DNA of 51,376 nucleotides from Nitrospirota bacterium (GTDB lineage: Bacteria; Nitrospirota; Thermodesulfovibrionia; Thermodesulfovibrionales; Dissulfurispiraceae). The stretch spans positions 1 to 51,376 of the forward strand of contig JBFLWF010000018.1 of the NCBI GenBank assembly GCA_040758355.1, written 5' to 3'. Under the pieces are notes generated by a model. That model was given only the letters and a program-made list of their open reading frames with translations. It was not told the origin of the DNA and ran no database searches. Of the stretch, positions 47,017-51,376 are shown in pieces. The first letter of the stretch is position 1, and each line of letters begins with the position of its first letter. Made by a program: the position numbers and the translations under genes.

Positions 47017-48132
47017 ATGAATGCACCATTACAAACAGGCTCCCTAAAAATAGCGACAATCATGGGCATACCTATAAGGGTTCATTTTTCGTGGCTGATC
47101 ATCTTTGGCCTGATAACATGGTCATTATCAACATTTTATTTCCCGAAGGCTGCACCACAACTACCTGCGGCAGCTTACTGGATTAACGGGGCAGTGGCAG
47201 CTTTGCTGCTTTTTGTTTCCGTTGCATTCCATGAGTTGTCGCATTCGTTCGTTGCACTTAAATACAAATTGTCGATAATCAACATAACCCTGTTCATTTT
47301 CGGCGGGGTTGCCCAGATGAAGGGAGAGCCTCCGAGTCCAAAGGCTGAATTCAGGATCGCTATTGCAGGGCCTTTGTCCAGTTTCTTCCTGTCAATGATT
47401 TTTGGCATTGCCTATAATGTGGCAACAACGCAGGTTACAAAGGCGCTTTTCTCATACCTTGCACAGCTTAACCTCATACTTGGCGCATTCAATCTGATAC
47501 CCGGATTCCCCATGGACGGCGGAAGGGTTGTGAGGGCATTTCTATGGAAAAAAACAAACGATTTCTTTTATGCAACGCGAAAGGCATCCACTTACGGACA
47601 AAAGATTGCAATGTTCTTCATAATTTTCGGCATATTCTCCATATTTGCAGGATTTCCGGGTGGATTGTGGCTGATGCTCATAGGCTGGTTTCTATATTCC
47701 GCATCCCAGGCGAGCTATCAGCAGGCGAGTCTTCAGCAGACACTCAATGGAATTAAAGTCAGGAATATAATGGTGAGAGATATTGTAACCATGCCGTCAA
47801 ATCTAACAGTGGACGCAGCAGTCAATGAATACTTCCTGAGATACGGTTACGGCGGATTCCCGGTGGTTGATGACGGAAAATTCCTCGGATTCATTACTCT
47901 AAAAGAGATAAAGGATGTACCGAGGGAAAGGTGGAAGGATATTAAAATATCCGAAATCTTCGTGCCTCACGACAAGAAATGGGAGGTTGCCGAGGAGGAT
48001 GACATTATGAAGGCGCTTGAATTGATGATAATGGAAGACAAGGGAAGACTGGTGGTAACAGATAAAGAAAGCGTAATCGGGCTTATAACAAGGAACGGCA
48101 TAGCAAGGTATGTTCAGATTATGGCCAGATAA
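47017..48132 (+). CDS. M50 site-2 protease with CBS domains
   Basis: HELSH, AIAGP, NLIPGFPMDGGR, C-terminal CBS pair. Confidence 0.93.
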   Translation: MNAPLQTGSLKIATIMGIPIRVHFSWLIIFGLITWSLSTFYFPKAAPQLPAAAYWINGAVAALLLFVSVAFHELSHSFVALKYKLSIINITLFIFGGVAQMKGEPPSPKAEFRIAIAGPLSSFFLSMIFGIAYNVATTQVTKALFSYLAQLNLILGAFNLIPGFPMDGGRVVRAFLWKKTNDFFYATRKASTYGQKIAMFFIIFGIFSIFAGFPGGLWLMLIGWFLYSASQASYQQASLQQTLNGIKVRNIMVRDIVTMPSNLTVDAAVNEYFLRYGYGGFPVVDDGKFLGFITLKEIKDVPRERWKDIKISEIFVPHDKKWEVAEEDDIMKALELMIMEDKGRLVVTDKESVIGLITRNGIARYVQIMAR

Positions 48133-48154
48133 TAGGAAGATAACAGGAGGAAGA

Positions 48155-48886
48155 ATGTCAGAGGCAAAGCTAAAGGTAATACTGCTTAAGCACACGCCAA
48201 ATCCAGAGGAGATTGTGGCAATGGCTGCAAAGCTCTGCTACAGCCCCTCGGATATAGAGGCATTGAAAGAAAAGATAGAGGCAAAGGATCAGAAGGCATT
48301 TGTGGAAAAACTCGTGAAGATGGGACACATGAGCCCGATAGAGCATTCTTCATTCACCTTTGCAATCGAAGGCATATCGAGGGCATGCAGCCATCAGCTT
48401 GTAAGGCACAGGCTCGCATCATACAGCCAGCAATCGCAGAGATACGTTAGTGAGGAGACAGGATTCGATTACGTAATTCCACCCATAATAAAGGAAGACA
48501 AAGAGCTTAAGAGATATTTTGAGGATTTCATGTCAGAAGCTCAGAAGACATACAACCACATCGTAAAAAAGCTCAATGAAAAAGGCGTAAAAGGCGAGTC
48601 CGCAAATCAGGATGCGCGCTTTGTACTTCCCAACGCAGCAGAGACAAAGATAATAGTTACTATGAATGCAAGGGAATTATTGCATTTCTTCAGGATGCGC
48701 TGCTGCAACCGCGCGCAGTGGGAGATAAGACGGATGGCTGAAGAAATGCTAAAACTCGTCAAAAAGACATCGCCAGTAATCTTTGAAAAAGCAGGCCCCG
48801 GCTGTCTCTATGCACCGTGCCCTGAGGGTGAATATACATGCGGAAAGATTGTGGAAGTAAGAAAGAAATACGGGGTTGCTAAATAA
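48155..48886 (+). CDS. thyX: FAD-dependent thymidylate synthase
   Basis: GHMSPIEH, RHRLASYSQQSQRY, AQWEIR; start MSEAK after AGGAGG. Confidence 0.95.
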   Translation: MSEAKLKVILLKHTPNPEEIVAMAAKLCYSPSDIEALKEKIEAKDQKAFVEKLVKMGHMSPIEHSSFTFAIEGISRACSHQLVRHRLASYSQQSQRYVSEETGFDYVIPPIIKEDKELKRYFEDFMSEAQKTYNHIVKKLNEKGVKGESANQDARFVLPNAAETKIIVTMNARELLHFFRMRCCNRAQWEIRRMAEEMLKLVKKTSPVIFEKAGPGCLYAPCPEGEYTCGKIVEVRKKYGVAK

Positions 48887-49547
48887 CCTCCATCTTTGCA
48901 TCCAGTATCATTGCCCCTTTCGGATAAAGGGCAACAGGATTAAGGTCTATTTCTTTAATTAAATTGATCGCCATCATTTCCGAGACAGAAACGATTATAT
49001 TTATAAGGGCATCTATATCTATAGGAGGATTTCCCCTGTATCCTTCTAAAAGCCTGTAACCTTTAATCTGTCTGATAAGCCAGAGGGCATCATCCTTTTT
49101 AAGTGGTGCAAGGCCGAATGAAATATCCTTGAACAATTCAACAAACACCCCTCCGAGGCCGAACATAACAATGGGGCCGAATTGCCCGTCTATTACACCA
49201 CCCACAATAACCTCAAGCCCCTGAGGAGCCATTTCTTCGACAAGCACGCCTTCAGCATGTTCAATTTGCATGAGTTCTGAAACCGCATTATTTAATTCAT
49301 CCTCATTTTTTATGCCGAGCCTTATACCTTTGACATCGCTCTTTGAGATTATTTTTGATGATGAGACCTTTGCAACAAGGGGATATGAAAGGGCTGAAAG
49401 CTGAAGGCTGACGGCTGAAAGCTGGGTATCTTCAGGTATAAATACTCCATCAGGCACAGAAAAGCCCATGGTTTTAAACAGCCCCTTTACTTCGTGTTCA
49501 AGAAAGGTTTTTCTGTCCCTGTTTTTTTCAATAAACTCTTTTAGCAT
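48879..49547 (-). CDS. ATP-grasp subunit of ADP-forming acyl-CoA synthetase
   Basis: YPLVAKV, KSDVKG, EEMAPQGLEVIVG, FGPIVMFGLGG, EIDLNP. Confidence 0.88.
   Translation of the reverse strand: MLKEFIEKNRDRKTFLEHEVKGLFKTMGFSVPDGVFIPEDTQLSAVSLQLSALSYPLVAKVSSSKIISKSDVKGIRLGIKNEDELNNAVSELMQIEHAEGVLVEEMAPQGLEVIVGGVIDGQFGPIVMFGLGGVFVELFKDISFGLAPLKKDDALWLIRQIKGYRLLEGYRGNPPIDIDALINIIVSVSEMMAINLIKEIDLNPVALYPKGAMILDAKMEVI
49393..49424. repeat. GCTGA(A/C)(A/G) heptamer array inside the acyl-CoA synthetase gene
   Basis: gctgaaa gctgaag gctgacg gctgaaa gctg; encodes QLSAVSLQLS. Confidence 0.8.
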
Positions 49548-49686
49548 CTCTAACTTATCAAAACAATCCGTTCAGCAATTTATCAACAGACAAAATAAAT
49601 TCACCTGCCTTATTATTCCAACACCGTACCGTAAATACACTATTATAATGTCACAGCAAGATGTCGCAGCATGTCACAGTATCTTG

Positions 49687-50397
49687 TCACAGTAAGACAT
49701 AGTGCTTTGTCGGGTCAGTCAGGCTCTTAGCCACTGCTTTAATAATACCTTTCTCTATCATATCTTCTAAATCTCTTTGAGCTGTGCGGCGTATGCAGGA
49801 AGCCACAGACTGATATTCGCTCACAGAGATAGTGCCTGTTCTTAACAAATATCTAATCGCCTTTTCTTGACGGACATTCAAGCCCAGTCTCTTAATCTTT
49901 TGCAGCTTATTATCCTGTTTTACTATTTGCTCTCCCTTCTCCTTGATTTCCTTCATCTGCATCCGCAATCCGGTCACGAAATATTCGAGCCAATCGGTCA
50001 TGTTCATTTCATTATTTCTAACTGACTGAATGGCGTTATAATACGCCGGCCTGTCTTTGTCGTAATACTCGGAGATTGTAAACAGCCGTTTGAAATCATA
50101 GCCTGTTTTGTAAAGGATCAGCGTGGATAAAAGCCGTGCTGTTCTCCCATTGCCGTCTATAAAAGGATGAATATGAACAAGCTGAAATTGCGAGATACCT
50201 TGTGCCTGTTCAAGGCTCAAGGCTGTGCCTTCAATATGCGTTGAATGATGCGATTCAAGGATAAGCGCTTTTCTCTGCATATCGGCAATCCAGTCGTCCT
50301 TGAGTTTGACGGCATCAAGGAAACCGCGAACACGCTCTATTTCTACAAGGGCCTTGTTGATTTTTGGCGTTATAGTGAATTTCGGATTAAACGGCAT
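49687..50397 (-). CDS. Fic family protein with C-terminal wHTH, probably internally deleted
   Basis: STHIEG inhibitory motif lies only about 20 aa before HPFIDGNGRTAR; SVSEYQ...RRTAQRDL HTH. Confidence 0.8.
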   Translation of the reverse strand: MPFNPKFTITPKINKALVEIERVRGFLDAVKLKDDWIADMQRKALILESHHSTHIEGTALSLEQAQGISQFQLVHIHPFIDGNGRTARLLSTLILYKTGYDFKRLFTISEYYDKDRPAYYNAIQSVRNNEMNMTDWLEYFVTGLRMQMKEIKEKGEQIVKQDNKLQKIKRLGLNVRQEKAIRYLLRTGTISVSEYQSVASCIRRTAQRDLEDMIEKGIIKAVAKSLTDPTKHYVLL

Positions 50398-50418
50398 TAT
50401 TAGCCTCGCAACAGTTCA

Positions 50419-50466
50419 ATTTGAACTCCACATTTCGCGATTCAACCGATTTTAAAGCCATATTTC
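50419..50466 (-). repeat. 48-bp direct repeat, copy 1 (empty MITE site); reads MALKSVESRNVEFK
   Basis: Matches 51109-51222 once the MITE is removed. Confidence 0.85.
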
Positions 50467-50479
50467 ATATTCTTACAAC

Positions 50480-50806
50480 CTATAAATTGTATATTCTTCT
50501 TAAAATGGATTTGATGGTTTCGGGTTCCGGTGCAGCCAGAGAGCCTAATTTTCTGATGACATATTTCTTATCTATTGTCGCCTGTTTACCAAGCCTGACA
50601 TATGATTCGGCAAGAAGACCGGAGTTCTTCCACTCAATGATTTTATAATCGGCATCAGTTGCATATTCTTGTGTGGTTATTCTTGCAACGAGAATGTCTT
50701 GATCGCCTGAATCATAGAGAACAATGGCGGGTCTTTTAGAAACTCCTTGCAAATCGGTATATGGGAAACCTATAAGAACAATATCGCCGAAGTTATAGGT
50801 TGTCAT
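50480..50806 (-). CDS. PemK/MazF family toxin
   Basis: YNFGDIVLIGFPYTD...KRPAIV, ARIT, GLLAESYVR; start MTTY overlaps the upstream gene end. Confidence 0.9.
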   Translation of the reverse strand: MTTYNFGDIVLIGFPYTDLQGVSKRPAIVLYDSGDQDILVARITTQEYATDADYKIIEWKNSGLLAESYVRLGKQATIDKKYVIRKLGSLAAPEPETIKSILRRIYNL

Positions 50807-50996
50807 AAATGGCATCCTTTTCATCATAGCCGCTCATGAATTCAGCCACAGTAAAATTGCGCCATGCCGCCTCCTCATCCTCCAAAAGCAGCATAACCCG
50901 TATCTTTGATTCTCCGGTCAACATATTCTTGATTTTTTCAGGCACCGACAAATGCCCATCCGGCAATAACTCTGCCATGTATTCATAAGCTCTCAT
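50793..50996 (-). CDS. Putative antitoxin
   Basis: AAGGAGG RBS; 67 aa; acidic C-terminus DAIYDNL overlapping the toxin start. Confidence 0.8.
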   Translation of the reverse strand: MRAYEYMAELLPDGHLSVPEKIKNMLTGESKIRVMLLLEDEEAAWRNFTVAEFMSGYDEKDAIYDNL

Positions 50997-51108
50997 ATTT
51001 TACCTCCTTTAAATTCCCTGTTTACATTTTACCAATATCCGAGGCGCGATTTCAGCTTATAATTCCCTCCTGCCTCATCCCGCTCTAAACGAGCCTTCGG
51101 CTGGCTGG

Positions 51109-51222
51109 ATTTGAACTTCACATTTTGCGATTCAACCCCGTTAGAAAAATTGGATAGGGATAGAACCCCATTAAACGAGGCGCATTTTCTAACGGGGTCA
51201 ACCGATTTTAAAGCCATATTTC
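51109..51222 (-). pseudogene. Direct repeat copy 2: truncated AlbA_2-like gene start interrupted in frame by a MITE
   Basis: AAGGA RBS, MALKSV[insert]ESQNVKFKSS; ESxxVEFK resembles AlbA_2/Schlafen domain starts. Confidence 0.55.
51135..51198. mobile_element. 64-bp MITE
   Basis: 14-bp TIR ACCCCGTTAGAAAA/TTTTCTAACGGGGT flanked by a CA duplication; empty site at 50443-50444. Confidence 0.88.
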
Positions 51223-51255
51223 CTTTCTCTTTTGTCAAAAGCCCTTTTGTTTTTT

Positions 51256-51376
51256 GGCTCTTCGTGTAATCGAGTGGGTCATTTTATATCTCCTTGAGCA
51301 TACATGTAAGTATTTTCAGGCGCAGATACTCCTCGTCTCTGAGACCGTAAGCCCTTCTCTGTATAACACGAATTTT
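51256..51376 (-). mobile_element. Right end of an ISL3 family insertion sequence (runs off the window)
   Basis: IR starts GGCTCTTCGTGTAATCGAGTGGGT at 51256 next to an AT-rich target. Confidence 0.85.
51284..51376 (-). CDS. ISL3 transposase C-terminal fragment
   Basis: Manual translation KIRVIQRRAYGLRDEEYLRLKILTCMLKEI*, typical of ISL3 C-termini. Confidence 0.88.
   Translation of the reverse strand, partial: KIRVIQRRAYGLRDEEYLRLKILTCMLKEI

Noticed and set aside
310..47408. Numerous 60-240 aa ORFs antisense to identified genes (e.g. 310-849, 6141-6875, 10775-11431, 46327-46965)
   Set aside because: They are shadow ORFs that overlap well-supported genes and have no motifs or RBS.

Overview
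A mostly housekeeping chromosomal window from a Gram-negative bacterium. Gene content is compatible with an anaerobic Nitrospirota/Thermodesulfovibrionia-like organism, but that is an inference. From left to right it holds: copA; a LemA/TPM/nucleotidyltransferase-like trio; a TetR-controlled operon encoding two complete tripartite efflux pumps (RND and EmrAB type); a radical SAM/SPASM gene; an orphan FliD-like gene coupled to tsaC; a wHTH-MNT gene followed by two unannotated 21- and 26-aa histone-H1-like Lys/Ala peptides; sigma54-type lpxC; tldD, mtnP, yebC, glmU, glmS, uvrD/pcrA, gatC, panD and bioD; a tetraheme cytochrome c / 4Fe-4S / NrfD redox module; an acyl-AMP ligase-ACP-acyltransferase fusion; an AT-rich accessory insert (ORF6N gene plus an 847-aa Zn-ribbon/PD-(D/E)xK protein); hisC-hisB and thyX; and a terminal accessory patch with an internally deleted Fic gene, a PemK-type TA pair, duplicated AlbA-like gene starts, a 64-bp MITE and the end of an ISL3. 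The most notable non-obvious signals are the tandem H1-like micropeptides, a family of covarying palindromic elements (one carrying about 100 nt of cargo), 7- and 8-nt tandem repeats inserted in frame into housekeeping genes, a filled and an empty MITE site in the same window, an operator-like palindrome both upstream of and inside the ORF6N gene, and many apparently leaderless genes. No CRISPR array, rRNA or tRNA was seen. All product calls come from motif recognition, not database searches.
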